Shown: positions 48,111 to 62,717 of the stretch, piece by piece
Position numbering within the stretch: the first letter of the stretch is position 1
How the letters are laid out: each line of letters begins with the position of its first letter
NCBI GenBank assembly: GCA_036867785.1
Contig: CP145427.1
Coordinates: 620,001 to 684,000 of the forward strand
DNA length: 64,000 nt
Reading direction: 5' to 3'
From: Plasmodiophora brassicae
Lineage: Eukaryota
The notes under the pieces: generated by a model
Seen by the model: the letters and a program-made list of their open reading frames with translations, nothing else
Told to the model about the DNA's origin: nothing
Database searches by the model: none
Made by a program: the position numbers and the translations under genes

Positions 48111-51100
48111 ATGACGTCCGATCGCTCCGTCATGACGATCGCCAGCGGCGTCCTGATCGCGCTCGCCGTGGCAGCCTCCGTCGCCGACGCCCAGGGTGAC
48201 TGCGTTTGCCAGGGCAACACGACCTGTACCGGCGCTAGGCTAACCTGTGCCAACGGCGGCAACTTCGCCCCTGGGACCTGCCAATCCATTATGTACGGCG
48301 CTGGGAGGTGTCGCTATGGGTAAGCCCTGACGCATGTCGCCAGGCGATGCCCAGGGCAGGAGGCGGCGACGGCGTGCCGCTGCCCAATGGGGTATTCGGG
48401 CGTCGCCTGCGAGATCATCAAGCCTGAGGTCGGCCCGGCGATTTGCGGGTCGAAGGGCCTCGTCTACGACGACCAGATGCTGAACACGGCCGCCGCAAAG
48501 TACATCGAGTGCCAGGCCGACCACACCGACGTCATCGACATGCTGAACTTGCAAGGTATACCACCTGCGGGCGACCCGGGTCGCCACCACAAATGCTGAC
48601 CGGGTACCATTGCAGATCACCGCATCAACGTGACAATGGACCTGCCGGAACGCCAGATGAACGTGCAGCTGTGGACGCGCCTGGACACCAACGGCATGTG
48701 CGGCCCCATGGTCCAGTACTTCGACTGCACCGTCTCCGACTGCTCGTTCTACGGCAACGTCACCGGTACCGCCGCTGGCCAATGGTGTATCGTCGGCCGA
48801 GGCAACCGTTTGACCCTTTTACTGCCGGCGCAGAGGGGAAGACGACGGTGTCCTGCCCGACGAAGACGTGCAAATGGTGCAAGAAGGCGGAGGGGTGCAG
48901 CCCGCTGGTCGGGAGCCTGATCAAGGCGTTCGAGGACACCACCGTCCCCCTGACGCTGACCGTCGACATGTCGCAAGCGTTCACCATCAAGACGACCGTC
49001 CACATGGTCGGGTGCTGGCAACCGCACGACGCTACGAACGATTCTAAACGCCCGCCCCTTGTTCAGACGGCCGACAAGTTCCAGCTCGACCTGCCCGTAA
49101 CGTGCAGGACCGGCGCCTGCGTCACGAAGAAACAGTTCATTCCCGATAACGCGCCGCAGACGCCGACGTCGTCGTCGAGCGTCGCCAAGGTACCCGTGAC
49201 CGCCAGGCGGCCGCTGTCCGGTCGCTGACGCACGAACGACGTCTTCAGATGGTGTTCTGCTCGTCGCTGGCCATCGCCATGTACGTCCTGCTGGCCGGCG
49301 CCGCCCTCTTCGTCAACTGGGAGCTGCGGTCGCCGCCGCCCGTCATCCGAGCCATGATCCTGGACCACAGCCACGACAAGCCGCACCTCGTCGTCAACGA
49401 CAGCGGCATCGTCGACGACGACTACAACCGCCTGAGCACCAGCGCCGATTCCGGGGGCGTTCCCGTCCAAGGTTGCCCTCCCACACACGCTCCCTCTCGC
49501 GGTTCTGCAATTGACGATAGCGCGTGCAGGCGAGGAACATTCGTCGGTGGTGGAGGTTGCCGACGCGCAGAAGGTCGCTCACCCGAACGGGCGATTCGGG
49601 CTGGTTTGGCACGACGTCCACTATCGGTTCCGGGCGCGCCGCGACCTGTGCGGCCGCCGGCATCAGGTCCCGCCGATCCTCTGCCAGAACAGCGGCGTCG
49701 TACGACCCGGCGAGATGGTTGCCATTCTCGGTACAGGAGGGCGTTTGGGACAGTGCCGATCGACGTTTAACACCCCGTCGTCGTCGTCCAGGGGCCAGCG
49801 GTGCGGGCAAGTCAACGCTGCTGGACATTCTGGGCGGGATCGACAAGAAGGGCCTGGTCAGCGGGTACGTCGGCGTGTTCGGCGACCACCACGTCAAGCG
49901 GCGCGACATCGTGTCGTACGTCGTCCAGGACGACTACAACCTGGCGACGATGACCGTCTGGGAGACGCTCGCCTTCAGGTAGAGGGTGCACCGGCGACCC
50001 GTTCCGCTTGGCCTGACGGCGACGACGACAGTGCCCGCATGCGGCTGCCGTCCGACACGACCGACCACGAGATCATGCTGCGCGTCCGCCACGTCATCGA
50101 GGAGCTGGCCCTGGTCAAGGTCGCCACGTCCAAGGTTGGCACGGTCGAGCGCGGTGGCATCTCCGGCGGTGAGCGCCGCCGCCTGGCGGTCGGCGGTACG
50201 TGGGCGTTTGCCTACCGACCGTCCGCCGATCTGACGGCGTGTGTGTGTGTGTGTGCCATAGTCGAGCTGGTTGCCGAGCCGCGCGTTCTGCTGGCCGACG
50301 AGCCGACGAGCGGCCTGGACAGCTACTACGCCGACATGCTCGTCAGGACTCTTCGTCGGCGGGCGGTACGCGACCAGTGCGCCGTCCTGCTGACGATCCA
50401 CCAGCCGCCGGCCCACCTGTTCCCGCTCTTCCACAAGGTTGCCCTCGTATCGTGGAGGAGCGCGCGCGTCCTAACGTCCGGTCGCAGGTCGTCCTGATGT
50501 GCAAAGGCGGGACGATGGCGTTCAACGGGCGGCCGGCGGACGCGATCACGTTCTTCGAGCAGCAGACGGGGACGACGATGCCGCCGGGGGCGAACCCGTT
50601 CGAGTTCCTGGTCGAGGCCCTGTCCAACCGGTCCAAGTCGTTCAACGCCGAGATCGTTCGGAGCTTCGCCCAGTCGGACCACCACCGCGTCGTGCAGGAC
50701 GAGGTGACCACGTGCCGCCAGTCCAAGGTGCGGGGCGCGCGCCAGTGGCCTGAGTCGCATCCCTGAACGCCGCTTAGGACGTGCAGCGGACGCTGCCGAA
50801 GCGGAGCACGACCCGGATCTCGATGGCGAAGCAGGTCTCGTTGCTGACGGTGCGCGCGTTCCGGAACGTGGCGCGGGACCCATCGCTGCTGCTGATGTAC
50901 AATTGTGTGACGATGGGCGTCGCCGTGCTCGTCGGCCTCGTGTTCTACCGGCTGACCAACGACCTGGTCGGCGCCCAGAACAGGGTACGTCCTGGTTTCG
51001 CCCACGCCCGTCCGGGACGTACGCTTAGCCCTCGGTCCCCACAGGCCGGCTTTATGTTCTTCACCGTCCTGTTCATGTCGCTCCTCAACATGTCGTCCAT

Positions 51101-51846
51101 GGGGCACTGTCAGCACGCCGTCGCATGCATCGCTAGCATGGCACCTCACTGACCGGCGCGTTTCGCAGTCGTCCTGGACCGGATCCTGTTGTGGCGCGAG
51201 CGGTTCGCCGGGTTCTACACGATCGGTAAGCGGCGGCGTGCCAGACGCGACGTGTGTTTCCGACGGACACGATGTCGTGCGCACAGGTCCGTACTTTGCG
51301 TCCAAGATCATCGTCGACCTGGTGCCGTTCCGCATCCTGCCGCCGATCCTGTACGCGTCCGTGTCGTACTGGCTGGTGGGCCTGCAGCCGGACGCCGAGC
51401 ACTTCCTGCGGTTCACGGCGGTGCTGGTCTTGACCAACCTGATGGCCGGCGCCCTGGTCTTCTTCATCTCGGCGGCCAGCGGCAACATTGGCCAGGCGAA
51501 CCTGGTCGGCATCCTCGTGTTCATCTACGCGATGGTGTTCGGCGGGCTGCTGCTCAACCCGGGCAGCACGAACTCGATCCTGTCCGGCCTGACCTGCACG
51601 TCGTTCATCAACTACGCGTACGAGAACCTCCTGTCCAACGAGCTGCACGGCCTCCCGATGACGTTCGACCCGAAAGGGTTCGGCGTCGGCGTCAGCGTAG
51701 CGGCCAGCGGCGACGCGATCCTCGACAACCTGAGCTTCTCGTTCGACCACTTCGAGAAGAACATGCTGATCCTGTCCAGCGCGTTCGCGTTCGTCACGCT
51801 GGCCACCTACGTCGTCCTGAAACAATGCCAGCGACGCAGGAAGTAG
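48111..51846 (+). CDS. ABCG half-transporter with N-terminal Cys-rich/EGF-like ectodomain (yeast ADP1-like; multi-exon)
   Basis: Signal peptide; C.CPMGYSGVACE; GASGAGKSTLLDIL; ISGGERRRL; LADEPTSGLDS; TIHQP; NPFEFL; six-TM domain ending LKQCQRRRK. Confidence 0.9.
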
Positions 51847-52269
51847 CGCTTGCGCTGCGCGGCCCCTACAAATACAGCCAACGGAATTCGGACTGGCGCA
51901 GTTCACGGCGTGTCTCTGCAGCGATTTTATGCGCGACTGCAGACCGACGCGTCGCTTGCGGCTGCCGGTGCGGCAGGGCGGCCGGCGTCAACAGTGTGCA
52001 GCGCTGGCGTCACGGCAACGCGCAGTGACGTCATGGGGGGCGGCAGACAGGGGCCCGGGCCCGTGAATCACGGCCGCCCACCCCACTGTGCCTGGTATCC
52101 AGCCAGCGACATATCTGCCCATTCACAATTGTCTATAACGATCGCCAGGTCGTTTTCTCGAAACGGATCCGCACCAAGCTCGCCTAGCCTCGAATCAGCA
52201 GCCCCTGCCTTGACGGCCGTCCCGCGATCCACCACTGCCCCGAGGGTCGTCGTTGTTCCTGCCTGTCCC

Positions 52270-53127
52270 ATGGCCATGACGCGGTGCTACACGCGGGATA
52301 CGGTGAACGCGCCGCGCCCAGGCGTCGCGCTCCCGTGCAACAAGTCGCTTCCATGCGACGACGACGACGCCGCCGTCGCCGACGGCAGCAGCAGCAACCG
52401 GCAGTTCGAATCTGTTGTGGAGTTCGACCTCTGCCAGCAGCTGCCGACGCTGCCGGCGGGCATCGCCACGCTCTACGAGGCGGTGCGCGCGCGACGCGAC
52501 CGCCAGGACGAGTTCATGCTCGGGTACCATTTCGACGTCGGCGCGATCGACGGGCAGACGATGCCGGCGTCGACGGCGCAGGCCCTGTACTGGTACAAGC
52601 GGGCCGCCGACAACGGGCACACGATCGCGCAGCTCAACCTGGGCGTCCTGTACGAAACGGGGCACCAGAACGCGCAGGCACGTGATTACCCGCGCGCCGT
52701 GCGCTGGTACTACCAGGCGGCGCTGAGCGGGCACCAGGGCGCTCAGTTCAACCTGGGCCGGCTCTTCTGGTCCGGCAAGGGCGTCCCGCAGGACCTGAAG
52801 ACGGCGTTCGGGTTCTTCAAGAAGGCGGCCAAGAAGGGCAACCACATGGCGATGACGAACGTCGGCGCCATGTACATGTCCGGGAACGGCGTCCGGGCGA
52901 ACGCCAACGAGGCGCGCCGCTGGTCGCAGCTGGCCGCCATGAAGTCGAACGCGGTCGCCCACCACAACCTGGGCGTCATGTACGAGAACGGGCTGGGCGG
53001 GCGCCGCGACCTGGAGCTCGCCGCCAGCCACTTCCGGCAGGCGCTGGACCCGGCCATGGACCACCCCGTGTCCGAGGCCCTGTCCAGGGAGCTGCGCCGG
53101 TCCAGGGACCCGCTGATCTTCACGTGA
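52270..53127 (+). CDS. Sel1-like repeat protein
   Basis: Repeats ALYWYKRAADNGHTIAQLNLGVLY, AVRWYYQAALSGHQGAQFNLG, AMTNVGAMY, AHHNLGVMYENG. Start uncertain. Confidence 0.88.
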   Translation: MAMTRCYTRDTVNAPRPGVALPCNKSLPCDDDDAAVADGSSSNRQFESVVEFDLCQQLPTLPAGIATLYEAVRARRDRQDEFMLGYHFDVGAIDGQTMPASTAQALYWYKRAADNGHTIAQLNLGVLYETGHQNAQARDYPRAVRWYYQAALSGHQGAQFNLGRLFWSGKGVPQDLKTAFGFFKKAAKKGNHMAMTNVGAMYMSGNGVRANANEARRWSQLAAMKSNAVAHHNLGVMYENGLGGRRDLELAASHFRQALDPAMDHPVSEALSRELRRSRDPLIFT

Positions 53128-53336
53128 CCCTCACTCATAGTCGGCAAGACACACCCCCATCCCCCCCTTATATATGTAAGTATATACATGCGACTGCACC
53201 GAACTCACCTCCGGCCTGCCCAGCCACACGTTTCCTGACCGGGTGTGTGTTACCCCACCGGCCGGATCGAGTGAGTACGCGTGCCCCCCGGTTGCACACT
53301 GTGATACTACCTGATAACGGCCGAAACCTGTGCTGG

Positions 53337-53864
53337 ATGAAGCCGACCCACGTTGCCGCCTGCGGCGAGGTCGTCGTCGCGTGCGCGCCCGTCCGGCGAC
53401 GCAAGGCGACGAACGTGTCGTGCACGCACTGTGTTCGCAGCAAGGCCAGGTGCGGCAAGGAGCGCCCGTGCGCCAGGTGCACCCGCCAGGGCCTGGCCAG
53501 CACCTGCGTCGATCGTGCGGCGGCCCCGAAGCGCGCGACACGAGCCGACCCGGCGCGAGCGGCGACCCGCCCTCCACGAGCGTACGTCGCGTGCCACCAT
53601 TGTCGCGGCGCCAAGGCCCGGTGCGACGACGGGCGCCCGTGCACCCGCTGCCGACGTCTGGGACGATCCAACGACTGCCGATCGGCCACGAGGGCGTCCA
53701 GCAGGGCGGTGGCGGCGGCAAAGACGATCCTGACGGTCGCGTGCGGCATCCCGACGGCGGGCGATGACATGAACGACGAGCTGATGGCCGCCGCCACGTC
53801 GCTGCTGACCCTGTACCAGGACCTGGCGCTCGCCGGGCAGCTCGTCAGCATGGCCATCGAATAA
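53337..53864 (+). CDS. Transcription factor with two Zn(II)2Cys6 binuclear clusters, paralogue 1
   Basis: SCTHCVRSKARCGKERPCARCTRQGLASTC and ACHHCRGAKARCDDGRPCTRCRRLGRSNDC. Confidence 0.85.
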   Translation: MKPTHVAACGEVVVACAPVRRRKATNVSCTHCVRSKARCGKERPCARCTRQGLASTCVDRAAAPKRATRADPARAATRPPRAYVACHHCRGAKARCDDGRPCTRCRRLGRSNDCRSATRASSRAVAAAKTILTVACGIPTAGDDMNDELMAAATSLLTLYQDLALAGQLVSMAIE

Positions 53865-53957
53865 CCTATCTCTCGCTGTGTGTGTATAAACCTATCCATC
53901 CGTGTTTGATCGCCATCCGACGTCTGCGCGTGGGGGTGCGACAGACGTCCGTCTGTC

Positions 53958-54982
53958 CTAGAGGTCGTGCGGTTTCCCGCCGTCCCGAACGGGGACCAGC
54001 CACAGCCAGGGCCGCCGACCGAGCACGCTGCGAACGTTGTCCAGCAGGCCGACGTCGAACGGATTGCGGTACTGCACGACGACACGCGTCACGAGGGCGG
54101 GGTGCACCGACAGCGCGCCGCAGGGCAACGACGAACCTGGGGGCGGCAGGAGAACCCGCGCTTCTCATGCAGCTCGATGCTGGTCAGGTTGGCGGCCAGC
54201 AGCACGACGTGGAACACCAGGAACAGGCCGATGCCGACGGAGACGGTGCCGGCGACGAGGGCCACGGTCCCGAAGTGGACCCGAGACTCGGCGAACAGCG
54301 ACAGCAGGAAGGACCGCGGGTAGTACCGCCCGTGGACGTCGCAGATGGCCAGCGCGATCACGCCACAGGCAACCGCCTGCCGACGCGCCCCGCTGTCAGC
54401 AGCCGTAGACGGAGAGAGAGAGACACGCAGACCGTCCAGAACAGCATCAGCAGGAAGAACTTGTGGTTGCCGGCGCCGATGCAATTGCCGACGAACATGC
54501 AGCAGCTGCGAGGACGACGATCGCGCGTTAGCCAGGCACGGCGGTCGCGGGCGCGCGGCACGAAACGGTACGGGGCACCGACTGGTCCATTCGCATCGCG
54601 CACCGCCCGCATCGGTCGCAGTGGTGCGCCCGGTCCGGTTTGAACACGCGGCACTTGCGGCAGAAGCGGAACGCCTGCCGGTCGGACCGCTTCCGCTCGA
54701 CGCACGTCGTCGGTGTCGGCGTGAAATCGGACGGGATCCGCCCTGGTCGGACGCGTCAGCCACGGCGGGTCAGGTGGGCGCGACCGGGCGATCACCTGGA
54801 TCGGTGCGCGACGTCCTGTAGAACGCGACGACGTGCAGGGCGTACGCGGCCAGGAAGACGGTCAGGTAGGCACCGGGCGCGCGGCCAGGCACGAACGCCA
54901 TGACGTAGGTGAAGACGGCGGCCAGCAGGACGGACGAGAGCGCCGTCAGCGCTAGCGCCAGACGGTCGCAGCACCGGGGCAT
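53958..54982 (-). CDS. DHHC-family protein S-acyltransferase (DHCC variant; multi-exon)
   Basis: TDPG, RFCRKCRVFKPDRAHHCDRCGRC, spliced [46 protein letters not shown]. Confidence 0.88.
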
Positions 54983-55364
54983 TACGCACCGCCTTCCCCC
55001 CGACCGATGGATTGCCCGACGACGCTCAGCCTGTGCCGGACCGGGAGGCGCGGGGCGGGTCCTCCTTCCCGGAGTCAGGCGGGATCCTCTGCGCCGCTGG
55101 ACGCGCCCTACTCTTCGCAGGCGGGACCCGTATACGCGTGCGCGTTTCAGTGGCGCTTCCAGCAGGACAGCCATGACGTCCGTGCGAGATCGCTGACTTC
55201 CCAGGGGCGAAGATGCTGGGAGGGCCGGTTGCTGCCCAGCGCGGGAAGCGTACCGATGCGTTTCTCCGAACATTGTCGGTTCCAGTGCACGGAGGCAGGT
55301 TCGATCGACGGCGGTACCCAGGGCGACCCACGGTTAAGCGTGCATAGACGCTCTAGCGAGGACG

Positions 55365-56183
55365 ATGGGCTGCCAGCATTCGCACGCCGGTTTGCAGGAC
55401 GAGGAGACCGGCATCCCGCAGGAAGCGGAAACTGTGGCGGCGGACGCGGTGCAGGCGCCAGCGTCGGTAGGCGCGTCATCGGACACACCACCACACGAGA
55501 CACAGGATGGGCGCGCAGTGGACGTTACACCACGACCCACGCCCGTAGATGGTGACGTCAGCACCGATGCTGCGGCGCCAACCACAAAGAAGGTCGTGTT
55601 CACACGCGAGACGACGCGCCTGACTGGGCGTAAGGTCGCCAAGCGGCTAGCGCGAACCGTCCTGCAGCAGGCCGGCTGCCACGACGACGGACGCATCGCG
55701 TTGCCGGCGTTGATCACACTCGCCAGGTCCGGGTCGTCAGGCGACGACAGCGCTCTCGTCGAGGTCCTCCTCCGCCACCTTCGTCTCGACGGCAATAGCG
55801 GTGAAGGGCAGCTGCCCGGCGAGAACGGACCCGGGCAGGTGGACCCCACCGTCATGGTCCCGTTGGAAAACCTGACCAACCTGTTCGCCGCCCTTCCTGC
55901 GGTCGACGCCGACGCATCGCCGAAACCCCTGGACGGGTTCCTCCAATGGCACGCCACCCAGACCCGATGCCGCACCTGTCGAACGTCGAAACCGATTCGC
56001 TCCCCGCGATTCGCCAACCTGCAGACGGCCGCCGCGACAGGCCGCCCCCGGCTTCCTCCCCTAAAGGCAGCCACGCGCCTACCACCGCCCACGACGCCCG
56101 CCTTCATGAAGCCGCCCGTCCAGGACGCCTGGCTGCTTTCCGGCACCGGAACGTCACCCGCGGATTCAGCAGCCGCCCAGTGA
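55365..56183 (+). CDS. Hypothetical protein with N-terminal MGCxxS dual-acylation motif
   Basis: 272-aa ORF beginning MGCQHS; acidic N-terminus; no family recognised. Confidence 0.5.
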   Translation: MGCQHSHAGLQDEETGIPQEAETVAADAVQAPASVGASSDTPPHETQDGRAVDVTPRPTPVDGDVSTDAAAPTTKKVVFTRETTRLTGRKVAKRLARTVLQQAGCHDDGRIALPALITLARSGSSGDDSALVEVLLRHLRLDGNSGEGQLPGENGPGQVDPTVMVPLENLTNLFAALPAVDADASPKPLDGFLQWHATQTRCRTCRTSKPIRSPRFANLQTAAATGRPRLPPLKAATRLPPPTTPAFMKPPVQDAWLLSGTGTSPADSAAAQ

Positions 56184-56463
56184 ACGCGCGGCAATGGGCG
56201 ATGCGGCCTTTGCTCGCTGTTCAGTAAAACGCACCTGCAGATGACTGCACCGATACTGCTTTCATGCACGCGACGAGGCCCAAATTCTTGCGGCGTGTCG
56301 CTGTCGTTACCGCGTCTCGAAGCGAGCACGGTCGCTTCGTGGAGTCATGAGTTGTACCGCGGGTGCAGCCCCGCAGTCACCGGCGTGCAGCTGCAGCGTC
56401 GTCGCAGACAAACGTCGCGCGCAACGCCGTGTGGGACAGTTGCGCAGACGCGCGGCGCTGCAG

Positions 56464-57129
56464 ATGGACGTTTCGCACGTGCTTCGACTGCTGCGCTCGG
56501 TGCAGGACGGGTTAAGCACGCGGAACATGCGCCTGCTGGGCGTTGACGTTGGCCTGCGTCGTGTGGGCCTGGCGCGATCCGACCTGGCGGCCCGGATCGC
56601 GTTCCCTGCTGGGTGCGTGTCGCGCCCCGGCCACCTGCTGATCGGGTCGGCCACGTCCAGGTGGATGTCCGGCACGCTGTCCAACTCCGATATCATGCAA
56701 TTCGCCAGCGCGTACAAGGCGATTGCGGACCGGTGCAGAGCCGAACCGACCGACGTCGTCGTCGTCGGGTACCCGTTGCAGGACGACGGCACACCGGGGC
56801 CCGCCTGCCGGTCCGTCGGCACCTTCGTCGACGGGCTGCGACGATGGTGCCGGGCCACGCTGCCACCGGTCGTCTTCTGGGACGAACGATGCAGTACGGC
56901 GCGCGTGAACGCGGATGCATGGGCGCTGGGTCGCCGTCAGTCGCTGGTGGGCGACGGCCACGTCGATGGTGCCGCGGCCGCCATGGTCCTGCAGTCGCTG
57001 CTCGACGCCTACCACGACGGGTTCTACGCTGGGGCCGACGAGCCCGACACGGTCTTCACCGAGCACCTCGACGATGCGCTTCGGGAGCGCCGTCGCCGCC
57101 TTCGCCAGTACAAACACGATCTCGACTAG
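56464..57129 (+). CDS. YqgF/RuvX family RNase H-fold nuclease
   Basis: MRLLGVDVGLRRVGLARSD, VVVGYPL, FWDERCST, VDGAAAAMVLQSLLD. Short N-terminal extension; possible intron near 56612-56660. Confidence 0.88.
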   Translation: MDVSHVLRLLRSVQDGLSTRNMRLLGVDVGLRRVGLARSDLAARIAFPAGCVSRPGHLLIGSATSRWMSGTLSNSDIMQFASAYKAIADRCRAEPTDVVVVGYPLQDDGTPGPACRSVGTFVDGLRRWCRATLPPVVFWDERCSTARVNADAWALGRRQSLVGDGHVDGAAAAMVLQSLLDAYHDGFYAGADEPDTVFTEHLDDALRERRRRLRQYKHDLD

Positions 57130-57204
57130 TGGTGCGGCGCAACGTGCTTCTATTCAGACAGGTAACTACTAGTCAACACGCGCAACGTGACAGCGTTGTG
57201 CTTC

Positions 57205-57290
57205 CTAGGGGCGGCGAATGGCCATCTCGATGAGCGCCGTCGCGGCGGTGATCTCGTCCAGTGTGACGTCGAACTGGGGCGGCACGACCG

Positions 57291-57321
<31 letters not shown>

Positions 57322-57747
57322 CGCTTCCGGGGGCTGCGGTTCGGCCTTAGGCACCCGGCAGGTGATGCTGCGTCCCAGGCGGTAGCAGCGCCCGCACGGG
57401 TGCCCGTCATCGCAGCGCGACTTGGCAACGCGGCACGATGAACAGGCGAACGCCGTGCGAGGCGCCGGTTTGTCTGAGGAGATGCGCGCGCGGGGTGCCT
57501 TCACGGTGCAGTCCCGGTTCACGCACGTCGCCTCCTGGTGCAGGCGGATGCATCGTGGGCATGGGCGCTGCTGCCCACACTTGGCCTTGGCGCGGACGCA
57601 GTGCGTGCACGACACGTTCGTCGCCTTCCGGGAACCGGGGCGGGGCAGCGCCGGCGCGATCCGGACCGCAGCACCCGCCGTACGCTGCGCCGCCTTGGAC
57701 TGCGACGACGCCGCCTTGCGCCAGCGTACAAGCGAGAATGCATGCAT
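57205..57747 (-). CDS. Transcription factor with two Zn(II)2Cys6 clusters, paralogue 2
   Basis: RKATNVSCTHCVRAKAKCGQQRPCPRCIRLHQEATC and ACSSCRVAKSRCDDGHPCGRCYRLGRSITC. Confidence 0.85.
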
Positions 57748-58109
57748 GCAGGCGCAAGCTAAGTTCACCGACTTATGGCGCTGGCGTCGCGCCCGGCCGA
57801 TGCGTCGGAGCCGTAACCCCCATGATCACATGTTCAACATGTGGAGGGCGTATCCCGAGCGTGCCGGCGCCACAGCGCCTGGCCCCAAAACCAGGCCACG
57901 GCGACGTCGCATCGTCGGCATCGCCGCGCGCCCCGCACATTCGATTTGCGCGCGACGCAGGCCACTGTCGCGTTCTCGGCAAAAAACGTGCGGCGCTTAT
58001 TTTTCCGCTGCCTTTTTGCAGCGCCGGCTAAATATAGCCCGTCGCAACTGCAGCAGCGTGGTGCAGTGTGTGGGGCGGGATCGCCCGCTACACGCGTCAT
58101 TTGGCAAAA

Positions 58110-61702
<3,593 letters not shown>

Positions 61703-61903
61703 CGCGATTGCAACTACATGGGGAAGGTGGTGGTGGTCGTGGCCGGCACGGCACTGTCACTCCCGTCAGCGACGCGAAACGCGGATGGCGTCGGGCGGAT
61801 CGCCCCCCGTCATGTTTACGTGGGTGTATATAGAGAGACAGACGGGATCGACCCTCGACAGGGTGGGTGCAGGAAGGGCGGTCGCCCCCTGGCCATGGAT
61901 CGA

Positions 61904-62428
61904 TCAGGTCGTCACGACCATCTCGACGCGGTCGCCCGTGGGGATTGGGAATGGCTGCCACCGTTGCGCACGTCAGACACACGTTTCGGCGCGCGCCGTC
62001 GACCGCATCCTCACCAGGGTTGCGGCGGGTAGGCCCCTGCTGGACACGACCATGACGAGCGTGTACAGCGATCGTCCGATGGCGATCGCCTGCTGGCGCT
62101 GCGTGCCGATCGGCATGGCCGACGCCGTGCGCTGGACTTCCCGGACGAGCTTGCCGAGGTCCTTGCCGCCGATGCGATCCCTGGACCCGTCCACGCCGGG
62201 CTGCTGGAGCAGGTAGACCGCGTACACCCGGTCGTCGTGCGCCAGGCGGCGTAACGCGGGGCGCGGCAGGCCCGGCGACCCAGGCGACAGCACCGGCGCC
62301 CAGGGCAGGCCACCGGAGCGAATGGCGCCGTCGTCGCCGCCGAACACGATCATGAGGTACGCGGGGCAGCGGAACACGCGAATGTGTTGACGGCGGGCGG
62401 CCGCTGCTTCGGGGCCTGCGCCTGCCAT
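61904..62428 (-). CDS. Hypothetical protein
   Basis: MAGAGPEAAAARRQHIRVFRCPAYLMIVF... with GC3-rich codons and a plausible intron near 61957-62014. Confidence 0.4.
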
Positions 62429-62717
62429 TGACTGTCGACACCCGCTTCCGTCGTTGTCGCCGTTGCGAAGCGATTCGATCTCTGGGCGGCCACCAACCGA
62501 TATACGGCGGATCCCGAGCGTGACACCCACGACGGCGTCGACGTGAGTCACGACGCGTCGATCTGCACCCATCAACGGAACAGACCTCCAACAACGTCGC
62601 CCGCGAGCGCGTAACTGGAATAGAGTTTAATGAATGCCGGCCGGTTCGGCGACGGGCGCCCTGTCACACTGCGACATGCCACACGAAGGTCAGACGGCGC
62701 CCATCTCCAGACGCGGA

